Assembly (NCBI GenBank): GCA_963693365.1
Contig: CAVNZM010000006.1
Location: 9,675,355 to 9,739,354, forward strand
Length of the DNA stretch: 64,000 nt
DNA from: Amoebidium appalachense
Taxonomy: Eukaryota; Protista; Ichthyosporea
Direction of reading: 5' to 3'
Part shown: positions 18,851 to 32,434 of the stretch, in pieces
Layout of the letters: each line of letters opens with the position of its first letter
How positions within the stretch are numbered: the first letter of the stretch is position 1
Made by a program: the position numbers and the translations under genes
The notes under the pieces: model-generated
The model's database searches: none
Seen by the model: the letters and a program-made list of their open reading frames with translations, nothing else
What the model was told of the DNA's origin: nothing

Positions 18851-19309
18851 TACACATACACTTTCATGCATGCAACTTGATAAGTGAAAGCCTACCCTTA
18901 CTGGTTACCTTGCTCACCTCTTGGCTGCCTGCCTAGCACAAAAAGACAATACGTAACCTGTAGTGTGGGAGAGGCGGTGCAGTGTTCGATTGTGTCCAGT
19001 GAATTATATGCCCTCCTGGTGAGTGTTCATGGTTCTTGGGTTCGGTTGCTCGGTAGCCCGTGTTCGGATCTATAAAACTCTCTGGATATTCTGTCACATG
19101 ATGCACGCGGATCTTCTCATTATTGCATGATGATGTCGATACTGACTCGTGGTGTCGTTCTGCATGCTGAATCTCCCCCCCCCCCCCCCCCCCTCTTGCC
19201 CGCACATTTGTCCGGTCTCGGTTGTACAGTGGCTTGGTTGTCTTCTATGTTCTACCTCCCCTTTGGACCACCTGATTTCTATCGTGTGTGCCCGTTCCTG
19301 TCCCGTCCC

Positions 19310-19394
<85 letters not shown>

Positions 19395-19920
19395 GCATTC
19401 GTGTATCGTAATCTGCCAATCTCTTGCGTTGTCTGCCACCCGTGTTTGACAAGATAGTTTCAAGAGGGCCCCTGAGACCCCCACAGTTTACAGAAAATTG
19501 CAAGTGGCAATATCTCCAGTGAACACTTCAGAGAAATGTCGTGCTTTTCCATTCATCCCACTTGCTCCAATTTGCCGACGAAATAACCAGCACACACCCC
19601 ATGCATTTTTGAATAATATGTGTGATCTTCCTGTTCCCACTGATACCCGACTGACCATGTATCTTATCAGATGTCCGGGCATCTGCCTTGCGTAAGGTTG
19701 CACGGTACCACAGCCGGGCCACAGCCGGGCTCAAGCTGCTTAAGACTGGTGCGCTGGCCAGCCTTCTGGGCCACCTTGCCGTGTTCCTTGTGGAGGAGTG
19801 TGTGGCCTACTACGCCATGCTGAACTCCTCCGACCATGACGTACGTAACCTCCTCCCCCCCCCCCCCCCTCCACACACACACACACAACAACAACAACCC
19901 ATACGCACACGCACCCCCCC

Positions 19921-19951
<31 letters not shown>

Positions 19952-20687
19952 CCTTTCCCCCACATTGCCTCTTACACACCCTGAGTCTACAGATACCGAA
20001 TGTTGTGCGTATAAAGAATGGGCGGCTATACCGTACCCAGATACCCAAACCTAAATGCAGATTCCTAGATTTAGTATAATATTGACGGTCGATTGGATAG
20101 CGAAATAATGCATTTCAACCTGCTACCAATCATCGCGTGGTCGGATATGCCATAGATCACCATCGAGCACCTGAATCTTATAAGAAAAGCGCATCTTTGA
20201 TAGCACATCTTTTCCAAATAAAGCAGGTAATTTAGGTTTCACGGTTCAAAATCTGGGTTTGGGATAGGAATTTAGAAGGGGGGGGGGGGGTCTTCCAGAT
20301 TCCTAAACCCAAACCCAAATCTTCAGCGACAACAAGATGAAGCAAGAAAACCCCAAGAACTAAGATGTTAAGCATATTTCTGGTATAATTTCGGCCTAAA
20401 AATATTATCTTGTTACGCAGCATTAATATTTGTATGTTTTATAATGCTTTATTATAATATATATTCTTTGTTTCTTCATGATACATAGGCGTGGTGCGAA
20501 GCGGCGGCCATGCCGTATGCGTGACATCTGGGTTTAAAATCTGGGTTTGGGTTTGGGTATTTGGGTACGGTATAGTCGCCCAATGGTGCCTGTGCTGTGT
20601 GCTAGCTAACCAATGTAATGGACAGCCGGAAATGCTCAGGAGTGAATTTTAATTGTCTCTAGTCCTATCTTTTCTCTTTCCTCCCCC

Positions 20688-20727
<40 letters not shown>

Positions 20728-21723
20728 AATAAGCAACCCTGCTCGTCTTTGATCAAGACGGGTTGACCCATTCAAGTTCAGTTGATGCTGCTGTCTGAGT
20801 TGGAGCGTCGTATATACGCGGGCTAAGGGGTCGAAACTCAGACGCAATTGATGACTTGGGCCCTCCCTGAGGATGGGCTCTGCTTATGACGCATACTGTG
20901 CGCATGGCTGATGCTGCATACTTGAATGTTTGCCTTTGCATGTGTCCTGCACCATGCTTCTCATCGTGTATGCGTACTTCGTACTGTGTTCCGCATTCAA
21001 ACCCCCCCTGTCTTCTTTCAGAGGTGTCCTTTCAGGACAGACCACTGTGTGGAGACATCTTTACTTCCATGCAACCGGGCATGGTTGCTCTGTGTCGTGC
21101 ATCTGTAAGCACATACGTGTTTGTCGCTGCACTGCATTAGTTTGCACACACATCTTCACCGTTTTGCTCACCTTGCTTGCATAAGCAACCCTGCTCGTCT
21201 TTGATCAAGACGGGTTGACCCACCCAGGTTCAGTTGATGCTGCTGTCTGAGTTGGAGCGTCGTATATACGCGGGCTAAGGGGTCGAAACTCAGACGCAAT
21301 TGATGACTTAGGCCCTCCCTGAGGATGGGCTCTGCTTATGACGCATACTGTGCGCATGGCTGATGCTGCATACTTGAATGTTTGCCTTTGCATGTGTCCT
21401 GCACCATGCTTCTCATCGTGTATGCGTACTTCGTACTGTGTTCCGCATTCAAACCCCCCCGGAGGATGGGCTCTGCTTATTACGCATACTCTTTATGTAT
21501 GGTTTGTACTCTGCATCGTGTTATCCGTTGTTCATATGTACTTCCTACTATATGACGCATTCAACCCCCCCCCCCCCCCCCCCTCCCCGGGGGGAAGCGT
21601 TCTCACTCTCTCCTTCTCCTTCTCTCCACCAGTCCCTTCTCCACCCCCTTCCCTCCCCCCTCCTCAACCCCTGCAACCCCACCCCACCACTCCCCCTCCC
21701 CCCCCCCCCCCCCCCCGACTCTT

Positions 21724-21771
<48 letters not shown>

Positions 21772-22098
21772 CCTCTCCCTCCCTCCCCCCCCCTCCTCTT
21801 CTTTCGCTCTCTCGCTCTCCCCCTCTCAACGACCTCTTGTCGCTTGGGAGGTTCAAGTTCTAAGTGTGATTCATTGTCGCGTGTTCTCAGGACACATGTA
21901 AAACTGATAGTTCTTTCTGACTTGCAGTATGAGATGCGGCGGGCCTCACTGCGCAAGCAGCGTGTGCACAATTTTGAGATCATGATGGGCTCCGTGGTGC
22001 TGCAGGGGGTGGGCGCTGCTGTCGGCACCATGGTGAATCCGGGCAGGGGCACGTTTATTGGTGGCCTCGTAGGGGGGTCTGTGGCTTATCTTTTCTAG
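14408..22098 (+). CDS. Uncharacterised protein (~200 aa) with C-terminal glycine-zipper hydrophobic hairpin, 5 exons
   Basis: Exons 14408-14491, 16746-16859, 17903-17975, 19671-19840, 21928-22098 are phase-consistent GT-AG. Translation includes RRLAHKLMKDVRASALRK and GSVVLQGVGAAVGTMVNPGRGTFIGGLVGGSVAYLF*. Confidence 0.8.
15236..15525. repeat. Compound microsatellite (CA)n/(CACACT)n/(AAAC)n; representative of many intronic SSRs in the window
   Basis: Directly visible. Similar (CA)n/(GT)n, (CCCT)n at ~17283-17430, (AT)n at ~12385-12425 and poly(C)/poly(G) runs occur throughout. Confidence 0.95.
20020..20581. mobile_element. MITE, PIF/Harbinger-like (562 bp), intronic
   Basis: Imperfect ~45-bp TIRs: left GGGCGGCTATACCGTACCCAGATACCCAAACC, right (reverse complement) GGGCGACTATACCGTACCCAAATACCCAAACC. 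3-bp TSD AAT at 20017-20019 and 20582-20584. AT-rich non-coding interior. Confidence 0.8.
20729..21565 (+). repeat. Two near-identical ~280-bp copies (20729-21008, 21181-21460) of a dispersed repeat ending in poly(C), plus a variant tail (21461-21565)
   Basis: Direct sequence identity between copies. Related copies at ~18178-18345, ~25917-26065, ~26304-26445, ~6361-6418 and ~9612-9742 (minus). Shared motifs GTCGAAACTC, CCTGAGGATGGGCTCTGCTTAT and GTACTTCGTAC...GCATTCAAACCCCC. Confidence 0.85.
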
Positions 22099-22603
22099 AT
22101 TGGTCCATGGATTTCCAGAAGCATGGGGTTTCCGTGGGGGGGCTGGTCACACCTTCAAAAGTAATGTTGGCGCTCACAAAACGCACTGATGGGATGTGGG
22201 CCTGTTCGAAGTCGTTTTTTGGTGAGTTATTGTCGAGATGTATTTGTGAATACGTATGAGAACGATGTGATAATGTGTCCACGATTTCTGTGCTGCAGCA
22301 CCAAGATCCTAGCACAGCTGCTGTGTTTTTGCTGCTATTGTAGTGCCACTCGGTCTGAGACTATGATGATCTCAGTAAAACAATTCAGACAAGTGACATG
22401 TGGCAGGCTTGATAACTCAAAACAACACTGGCAACCCCCCCCCCCCCCCCCCCCCTCCCCCCCCCCCCAAACCCCCCGCGCTCATACATATGCATACTCC
22501 GTGTGTGCTTTGCATGGTGTTGTCCCCGTCTGATGTGTACATGCTTAGCACTCTGAGCTGTGCATGTAACACATTTTTTGACCCCCCACCCCCCACCCCC
22601 CCC

Positions 22604-22649
<46 letters not shown>

Positions 22650-24734
22650 TTTTGAGTGTCTTTTTTTCCTTTTTTTTTTTTACCTTTTTAAGAACACACA
22701 CCAAAAAAAGAAAAAAGAAAGAAATCTTGATCATGATATAGGGGGGTGGTGTGTGTGTGTGTGTGTTGGAGGGGGGGGAGGACTTTGCTACTACACCCGA
22801 AACCCATGCCGTTTCCTTCGAAGATCCCTCAAAACCAGGATGCGCGGTGCTGCACTGGACACAGCCTGTGCATGCCATGTGAAACCGTTATATGTAACAG
22901 TAACAGGTAGCCGGCCCGAACCAGAAGATTCGACATACACGTAGATGTACATATATGCTTGCAACCAGCTACAAATTGCAACCACGTGAGACCTGCGCAC
23001 GCGCACATGGTGATCGGTCCCCGTGCTCAAACTCTTGGCCCCGAGGATCCGTTCACAGTCAGGCCATCAAATTGAATGGTGTTCGTTCGCATTCGTTTTG
23101 GGAAAGCCCTCTTTCATACGGTTTCCATTCATGTGACAATACGGTGGTTGGACTGAAATATTTCGACGAGCCTCAGATGGCCATCCCAATGTTGTGATAG
23201 AACTTCGTGTGAAACCTTATAGATCCTTCGCATCTCTTTCCTCTTTCTGATGTGATCGATCATAGAATCTCCGAGTAGCAGGAGCCTGACACGAGAATTA
23301 TAACTTTAAGGAAAAAGATATGCTGAAGACGGACCGAGGAAGCATCGAAGAGAGTGCACGCGAGTGATCCCGGAGACAGGAAAACGGTATGCCACGGTGG
23401 AGATGTAATGCTAAGGCAAGTTCAAGTTGTACATGTGCTAACGGGAATGCACGATGCCGATGGATCCATTTGTACGCCAGGTGCTTTACGCACATGTACA
23501 TGTCTTCTGTTAGTCACCATATCAAAAAAACAGTCACGGGCTATTCCTCATTATCATATCCCATCTCCTTTTACACCTTCAAGCTACATTATCATTATGA
23601 TTATATATATGGTACTATATGCATATGCTGAGCACGCCCCGGCCCACTTCCCATGCCATAGGGTGGCAGCTCAATTGGAACTCCTTTCCGAGTGAGTTGC
23701 CATCCCAGGCTTGGAGCCAACAACTGTTTTTATTTAGTAACGCACCAGGGCGAATCGCAAGAGGTAGAAGGCGAACACAGCACCTTTCGTGAGCGGCAGC
23801 AGTACCTACAAGGCTACGCCTGTTTGCTGTCTCGACTGTGACACAGATGATGGGGCACACTTCCCCGTAGATTAGGCATGAGATAAACTTTATCCATTTA
23901 CAAGAAGAAATGTATGTGAAGCGTGCAAAAGTTTTTTTTTCTCGTTCGACTGGATTTATTCGACTGAAAGATAAGCAAGTATGCACGGCATACTGAGAAG
24001 ACAATAAAAAACTTCACGAGTTATCCAGTAACAAGTGCATACTAAGATACCTGAACACTGTGTGAAAATCATATAAATACTCAATGTGACGTCCAACAGT
24101 ATTCAACAAAAAGTCTAAAGTGTTCACATTGCCAGCCAGTGTAGCAGACAGGCGTTGTTCGTGGTTATCTCTGTATTGTGAACTAGGGGGAATTCTACGA
24201 AAATTGGTAGTCACAAACCAATGGGCTTGCAGACAACAAATTAATTCTTCCAATCAAATCGTAGATGGCAAATAGGGTTGGCCCACTTGAAGAAACGGCA
24301 GACCCGCCCAAACTGCATTTGGGTAATGAAAACTAAAAAACTAGCTGTGTTTTTATTCTAAATTGTAGTGAGTCTTGAAACTTTTTGATGGTGTGATTGC
24401 TCGAACAACATTGTGTGTGATCAGCTGACACTCCTTATCAGTTAAAGTGGTCAGCGATTCTATTTGCTAATAATCACTCGGATGCATTGCCGTGCGTTTA
24501 TTCAGTGGCTCACTTCGGCACTGGCCGATATGACTGGATAGCCGGGCATCAGTATCATATGGTGGACCCTTCTCCCTTTTCATTCACAACACCTTTTGGG
24601 ACAAAAAAAAACGAAGTTTTGTTTGTTGCTTTACAGAAGTTCCTTTGACAGAGCTCTACTTTTTTTGTTCATTCAAGAGCTAACATATATGCAACACAAC
24701 TGATAATCTATCTTGTGAAGTATAGTGGCATAAA

Positions 24735-26620
24735 ATGGCGGCTAGTGCAAAGTGCAGCTACGCCATGGACCTGCAAGGTCCAAGTCCATCGACCCTTCGA
24801 CCCGCATACGATTACTTTGACATGACCGACCAGATAGTCACGTTTAACTGCTCCGGACGCACTCTGGTGGCGTTGCGCGCGGCCCTGCAGTCAGCTGCGG
24901 GCAGCGTGATAGGTTCTATGTTCAGTGGCAGGTGGCAGACTACAAACGCCGCACTGGCAGAAGGTGGGCACGTCGTTGTTGACTACGACCCAGTTCACTT
25001 CGCTGAGATTTTGCGGTTTCTGCATCTCAAATGGTTGAGACATGCCGAGTTGAATGACAGGCAGAAAGCTCTTGTTCTTGGTCTTCTGCGGCAGGCATGG
25101 TGTGAAGAGGATACGATAACGGAGCAGGGCCTCTTGGCACCATCTTTAACACAACCGCACAACATGTGGGCAGTAGATCTTTCAGACACTGCCGTTAAAG
25201 AAGCAATCACCTTTCTTTCCAAAGCCAGAGCCCCAAAGTGCGATGCAGATGTGGAGGACCTGGTAGACTACCTTAGTCTTTGGGAGTACATGTATGCAGA
25301 TGAGTTGCCGTTCTCGTTCGTAGAAACAGCCGACGGTGGGGTTTGCATTTCCAACCACGGGCGCACAGTAACACGGGTGTCGGTTTTAGCACGTGACGGG
25401 TATACCATATCGGGGCCTGCCATAAGCGCAAAGAAGACCGTGTGGAGGATGAGGGTCACCCGCCTGGCTTCGGGTGAGTTTGTGTGTGCACGTTGTTGCT
25501 GGGTGTGTGTGTGCCGGTGTTGTGCAAGGGCCATTCTTGGAGATGCAAGTGTGCTTGTCTGCACTGAGCTTTTTCAGTAGAATTGTGTTGTGTGTGGTAT
25601 ATCTCGACTGTGGAACTTTTTTTTTGGGAAAGGCATGTGCACGTTCCTTGTAAGTATGTGTATGATGGCCATGATTTTGAACCACGTGCACGTGAAAATC
25701 AAATTATTGCTGTGTGGGCTTGCGCGCTGGTGGCTCCGAATGCCCTCAAAGGGGTACTGGTCTTTTTGTGATTTCGCTAATGTGTGTGTGTATATCCAAA
25801 TACTATGCATTTGAAACCATCAGTCGCTCTCTCTATCTCCCTATATCTCTCTGACTCTTTCCCCCCCCTCCCTGCCTCCCCCCCCCCCCCCCCCCCTTCG
25901 TTAACGAGGGGAATAGGTCGAAACTCGGGTACTGTGGATGACGTGGGCCCCCCCTGAGGATGGGCTCTGCTTATTATGCATACTCTTTATGTATGGCTTG
26001 CATTCTGCATCGTGTTATCCGTTTGTTCTTGTGTACTTCGTACTTTTTGACGCATTCAAAACCCCCCCCCCCCCCCCAAAAAAAAAAAAAAAAAAAAAAG
26101 GAAAAGAAAATTTACCCCGGGGGCCGTGTGTGTTTGGATGTCTGCCATGTTTTGTTTTTATAGCCTTCCCCTCCAGCCCAAAAACAAGTAAGGGGAAGCA
26201 AGATAGAATGTAATGGCTTGAGCACCACGTTCTCCTTCTTGGTGTATTCTGGTGTGTTTACGGCCCCCTACCCCGCCCCCTTTCGCCCCTGGAAAGTTTG
26301 AATGGGTCGAAACTCGGGTATTGTGAATGACTTGGTCCTTACCGGAGGTTGGGCTTTGCTTATGGTGAATACTTTTTGCGTGCAAATGCTGCATTGTTTG
26401 TCTGTCGTTAATCTGCACTTCTTACTCTGTAACACATTCTACCCCACCCCTTCCCCCTTATAATGACCGTACCACCCACCTCATTCCCCCCCCTCCCCCC
26501 CCCCCCCCTTTCCCTCTCCCTTCCACCACCACCACCACCACTACCACACATTCACAGACACGTGCGCACAAACACACACACACATGCTCACACACACATG
26601 AGTGCGCGGGCGCACGCACG

Positions 26621-26677
<57 letters not shown>

Positions 26678-27292
26678 GCCAACCCAAGTGTGATCTCCTC
26701 ATTCGCTTCGCCTGCGTTTTCTGCTTGCGTGGACATGCTAAACTTGATGTTAGAAAGCAGTTAAGATCCTTTTCTCATCAATACACTCTCATGTGTGCTG
26801 TTTCTAACCCCCCATGCCCCCTCAAAAACAGGCTACCGTCTTTTCTTTGGTGTGATGGCCACGTCAACCTCCCTCTGCGACAGCATTACACGTATGGAGG
26901 GGTCGTACGGGTGGGTCAACAAGCGGATGGCAAATAGCGCACGCAACCCACCCACACAGCAACGGCGTGCATCGGGTATGGGCGGGGGCAGGAGTTGGGT
27001 GGAGGCAGAGGCACAGGAGCAAGGACCACAGTTGTGGCAGGGGGATGAGGTGGTGATGTGTCTGGACAGGGAGAATGGGCAGTTGGCAATGAAGGTTATC
27101 CAAAACACACGGAACACACCCACACGTTTCCCGACAATGATGACGGGGCACATGGAGAGACCCCCCATGCCGGATGTGTTCCGTGTGAGGGTGGCCAGGA
27201 ACGAAGAATATATGGTGCAGGTGGTGTTGTATGGCAACGGAGACACAATTGATTTGCTGCCTGCGGAGGATGGGGATGAGCTGATGTTTTGA
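24735..27292 (+). CDS. BTB/POZ (T1/KCTD-type) domain protein with C-terminal SPRY/B30.2-like domain, 2 exons
   Basis: Exons 24735-25473 and 26832-27292 (phase-1 intron). BTB motif IVTFNCSG...[12 protein letters not shown]...[18 protein letters not shown]-like pattern ISNHGRTV...WRMRV...FFGV...SYGW...[16 protein letters not shown]. Confidence 0.85.
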
Positions 27293-28360
27293 TTTCATGT
27301 CACTGTATGTGCATGGGTTATTTACGGTGACCGTATGCTGGTGCGTGACGGTAGTTTTCAACACCTTGAATATATTGTTTATTGTTTGTATGGTTGGATG
27401 AAAATGATCTATCGAAGGTAATGGTTTTATTCCATCGTTTCTTCATGAATTTAGGTACCTGGGTGGAAGTGCTATGATTTACGAATGATGGGATTGTAAA
27501 GCCCCAAGGTGGTGTGGTCTGGTGTACATACTGTAGGAGACTGCCGCGAATTATCAAGGACATACCCAAGTTAGCTGTTGCCTGCGGGTTCAACACGTAT
27601 GTATGCGATTGAAAGAATAAATATTTGATATTTTCTCTCCAAAGAACGTGCTCCACGATCTGTTGTTTCCCCCCCCCCCCCCCCCCCCCCCTTTCTCTAT
27701 CCCCCCCCCCCCCCCCCCCCCCTCCCCCCTCCTCCCCCCTCCCTTCCCCCAAGTGCGCGCGCACACATACACGCGAGTGCACGCACACTCACACGTGCAT
27801 GTACACACACACAGTGGCGTCGTAGGTAAGAGGCTGCAGATTCAATCATCGTTTGAGTCATCTTTCTGAATTCCTGCTTGCTCCTATTTGTGTCTGCTCG
27901 TGCTTTACTCCCCCTCCCCACCCTCTCCTCCCCCACCTGCCAAGCAACCCTGTTCCTGCCAAGAAAAGCTGACGTCAACACCTGGCAGTGCATGCACGCA
28001 TGCGTGTGCGCGCCACCGCACACACACACACACAGGGCGCGTTGGCCTGAAATCATGCACACATACAGGCACCCACACACACCGACACCACCCTCTGCCG
28101 TAACGGGCCACTGCCTCCACGTGTAAAAATTTTCCGCCTCTCCTTTGTGCTTATTCGTATTAGGAGAGCCCCCCCTCCCCCCCCCCCCCCCCCCCCCCCT
28201 CTCCCCTTTTCCACAATCCCCCCACCCCCTCCTCTCCCCCCCCTCTTTGAAGTACTCTCTTTTCCGGAGATATGTGTTGCGTCATACTATAATTGGCCGG
28301 CCTATCCCCCCCTCCCCCCCCCCCCGTCCCCCCCTTCTCCCCCCTTCCCCCCTTCCCCCA

Positions 28361-28778
28361 TGCGCATGCCTGGGCACAGCCTCAGGCTTCAAGTTGGTAG
28401 TTCTGCGCAACTCTGCTTGCTATAGGCTTTTGTGCTCATCCTTTGCCTCGACACCGGGCCCCAGAGAGCCGGCGAGGGGGGGAGGGGGGGGGGGGGGGGG
28501 GGATTTAGTTGGGGAAGGATGGGGGATAGTGTGGGTGGGTAGCGGGGGGAAGGGGGGGGACCCCCCGGGTTCTCTGGGGTCCGGTGTCGAGGCAAAGGAT
28601 GAGCACAAAAACCTATAGCACGCAGGGTTGCGCAGATCTAGTGTACTGTCGGTGCTGCGTGTAGTAGACGGTAGTTTCCCTAGAGGGCCTGCAAAGGCTC
28701 TCCGGGAACAAAACGTGATAAAATAAAACAGGGTTGCGCAGAAACTACCAAGCCTGAGGCTGTGCCTAGGCATGCGCA
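28361..28778. mobile_element. Palindromic foldback / MITE-like element
   Basis: Left arm 28361-28472 (TGCGCATGCCTGGGCACAGCCTCAGGCTT...TTGTGCTCATCCTTTGCCTCGACACCGG) matches the reverse complement of 28566-28637 plus 28730-28778. Confidence 0.75.
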
Positions 28779-28809
<31 letters not shown>

Positions 28810-29118
28810 GGGGGGGGGGCAAGGGGGGCCGGGGGGGGGGGCGGGGGAGGGGGGGGGGGGGGGAGGGGGGGGGGGAGTTGATATATCCTCTAGAATAGGG
28901 ACCGGGGTGTTCTCTATCAGTTAAGGCAATGCCAAAAGATTTGACAAGAATCCTTTTGGTTTCCCCCCTTTCACACACATGGGCACTTGCGGAGGGCGTG
29001 TGCACACAGCTGCAGATACACATACACACAAACACACACACACACAGTGACTGCAGACACACAGAGACGCACACACACGCAAACACACACACACACACAC
29101 ACATACACAGACACACAG

Positions 29119-29191
<73 letters not shown>

Positions 29192-29709
29192 GCTTTCAGT
29201 AGCAATGAAGCAAGGTACCCAGATTCAATACCTAAAGCCATACCATGCATGGACATTTTTTGCTTTCAGAGTTTTTTTAAAATGAGGTGGGTGGCTGGAA
29301 AATTATGGTTACATTGATTGCTTCAATAGGTAGGGATTGGGAGGATCCGAGAAAGCCTGGAGGAGAGGAAGGGAGTGGAAGCGTGTGTGCATGAGAGAGA
29401 GATGGTGGTAGTGGGGGGGGGGGAGGCGGCAGCAAAATTTAACTCGTGCGTGTGTGCGCGTCACGGTGCACGTGCGTGGGTGCGTGCATGTATGTGTTCG
29501 TGCACCCATGCGCTTGTGTGTGCATCTGTGTGTGTGCACCTGGTGCATATGTGCATCTGTGTGTGTGTGTGTGTCTGTATGTGTGTGTAGTGTGTTATGT
29601 ATGTGTGAACGTGTTTGTGTGCACGTATGCATGTGTGCTTGTGTGTGTATGCACTGTATGTACGCTTGTGTGGGGTTGCAGCATATGGATTTGTGTGTGT
29701 GCAGCATGG

Positions 29710-29744
<35 letters not shown>

Positions 29745-29782
29745 ATCACACACAAACTCTCTCTCTCTGTGTGTGTGTGTGT

Positions 29783-29829
<47 letters not shown>

Positions 29830-30362
29830 CGATGTGCTCTTGCTGATGCCAACCAATGGTTTCGGTGTAGTGGTGGTGACAATATACCAGGTCCTGTTCA
29901 GCATCGATATAAAAAAAAAATGCACACATGTACCTCGCTGTGTTGGTGGAAGAGGGTTGAGAAGTGTCATGCGGGAATTCGAAATCATGCAAGCCAAGGC
30001 AGATGGATTCCGCGGGGGGGGGGGGGGGGGGGGGGGAGGGGGGCGGGAGGGGGGATCGAGGTGAAACTTAGGCCTTGCAGAGTCACAACGGACGGGGAAG
30101 GGTTCACATTCGGCTGGGGACAAGACAACTCCGGATGAGAACAAGGAAGAGTGATTGGTCAACAACAAATAGACACAATAGTTAAATTGGTCAATGATAC
30201 TTTAATCACCACGATTGGTTAAGCACCGAGACGTCCTATTGGCTATACACTACTCATACCATATATGGTAAGTACGTGATCTGGACGCTGCGGTGATGGC
30301 ATCACTAGGTGGAGTGTGGCTTGCGGCATGCGTGCACAATGATACTTTTACGTATCTGTGCT

Positions 30363-30416
<54 letters not shown>

Positions 30417-30835
30417 GGGATGGGATGGGAAGGTGTTAGTCTTAGGCGGGAATAGAACTGCCGCACCTATTGAGTAGAACGAGCTAGCAACACTTTAAGC
30501 CTACTGTTTGTGAGAAATATTGGGGGATGTAAGCAGAGCGGAGACCACCTGCAGTGTGTGAGTATGTGTGTGTGTGGGGGGGGGGGAGGGGGGGGGGGGG
30601 GGGAGGGAGAGGGGGGGGAGGGGGGGGGGGAGGGGGGGGAAAGGGGACTTATGGAGCTCAGTAACGGGCATCGCAATAAAGTCAGTACTATAATTTTCCT
30701 ATTTGGTCCGCACTACCCCCTCACACTATGTGCATGGCATTCATCAGTATAGCTCAACCACAGTGCTCTTCCCTAGCCAGGGCTATGCTTATGTACGGGA
30801 CACTGGGGGTGGAGATGGGAGGGGGGGGGGGGGAT

Positions 30836-31272
30836 GTCCGTTAGGGCCCAACCACATGAGCAGAATGAATTTGTTTCAGACAACAGTTATTCTGCAAAAA
30901 GCAGAATCATTAGTATCCTGCAAAAAAGCACACGTATTCTGCACAAGGCTTGAATATTTCTGCAAAGAGCAAAATTGTTCTGCAAAAAGCTGAATTATCA
31001 TGCAAAAAGCACAAAACTGTTGTGCAGAAATCATGCTCAGACTGCTTTGAGATTTCACTTGCAGCAAAATCATATTTACAGTAGCAAGCACAGAGCAGCC
31101 CCGCTTTGAGCAGATTTCATTCGCTGCGCGCACATGTACCGTGTGCGCATATGCACGATGAATTACTACTGACGGCAGTTGGATTATTCTGTTTTCGGAT
31201 TCTGAGCAAAAGGCAAATTCAAATATTCTGTGCCGACCTGATGGTTCTGCTCATGATGTGGCTAAGCGGTCC
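30836..31272. mobile_element. Degenerate MITE-like element with internal ~20-bp repeats
   Basis: Inverted CCACATGAGCAGAA (~30852) and TTCTGCTCATGATGTGG (~31243). Internal degenerate repeats of TCTGCAAAAAGC. Confidence 0.45.
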
Positions 31273-31747
31273 TTCCCCCCCCCCCCTCCCCCCCCTTTCC
31301 TTCCCTGCATTGCCCCTGCCAGCGGCCGCGGATGGCCCAAATAGTGGGTCACCATTATCGATCCTTCCCCCCCCCCCCCCCCCCCTCCCCCCTCCCCCCT
31401 CCTTCCCCCTCCTTCCCCCCCTCTCCCCCCCAAAAAACAATAATGATATAAAGTAAAAACAAATGAAAAAACCCCGGAAAGCTTGTTAATATCTCCTTCC
31501 CCTCCCCCCCCCCCCCTCTCCCCCCTCCCCCCCTCCCCGGGCCCCGGGATGCTCCATTGCAACTAATACAAGTCAAAAACGCATGCCATGACATTGTAGC
31601 CCGTTCAACTGAAGCGGTGGCTCCCAAGTCACCAGCTGACCAGTGTAAGGGAATCTTGACTTTGAAACGGGGAGGGAGGGTAGTAGCTAGTTTGGGGGGG
31701 GGAGAGGAGAGCCATCCACCCCCCTCGGCCGGGTGTGTCACTCCCCC

Positions 31748-31778
<31 letters not shown>

Positions 31779-32364
31779 AAGGGGGGGAACCACCGCCCCA
31801 CCTGAGTAGGTGGGTTCCCCCTCCAGGGGGGAGGAAGGGTGGGACCCACCCACCCCATATAGGCTGCCATCATATAACTATATCAGATAACCTGATCATA
31901 TATAGTACTAAGATTTAGCCGCGGAATACATACATTCTCCAAACGTAAACATCGAGGCTAAGTAATAGAAGCCACTCTTGTATCACCTTTAAACTCAGGC
32001 TATATGTCGTAAGGTCATACCCCCCGCCCCCCTCCCCCTGCTGCCACCACCGCGGCCCCCTGTCCCCTCCCCCCCCCCCTCCCTCCCCCTCCCCGCCCCT
32101 CCCCTTTCGCGCTCGTCTCTAGTCGCCCCACCGCGCGCGCACACAGCACACACTTCCACACGTATTCAATTCACCCGTACCTGCACAGGAATGTATCGCA
32201 CACGCACACGAGGTGCACTAACTCTGATTAGCAATGACCAACCGACATGAACATGCAGATACACTCACCCACACCACACACACGCCCCGCCACACATATT
32301 CACACACGAAAACTGCATTGTTAGCACGAAAACTTAGGCCCCAAGAGTAATAAATAGTTGACCC

Positions 32365-32434
<70 letters not shown>

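Noticed and set aside
23130-23300. Minus-strand short frame with LLLGDSM (SGNH/GDSL-like)
   Set aside because: Only ~55 codons, with no further SGNH motifs and no convincing exon chain.
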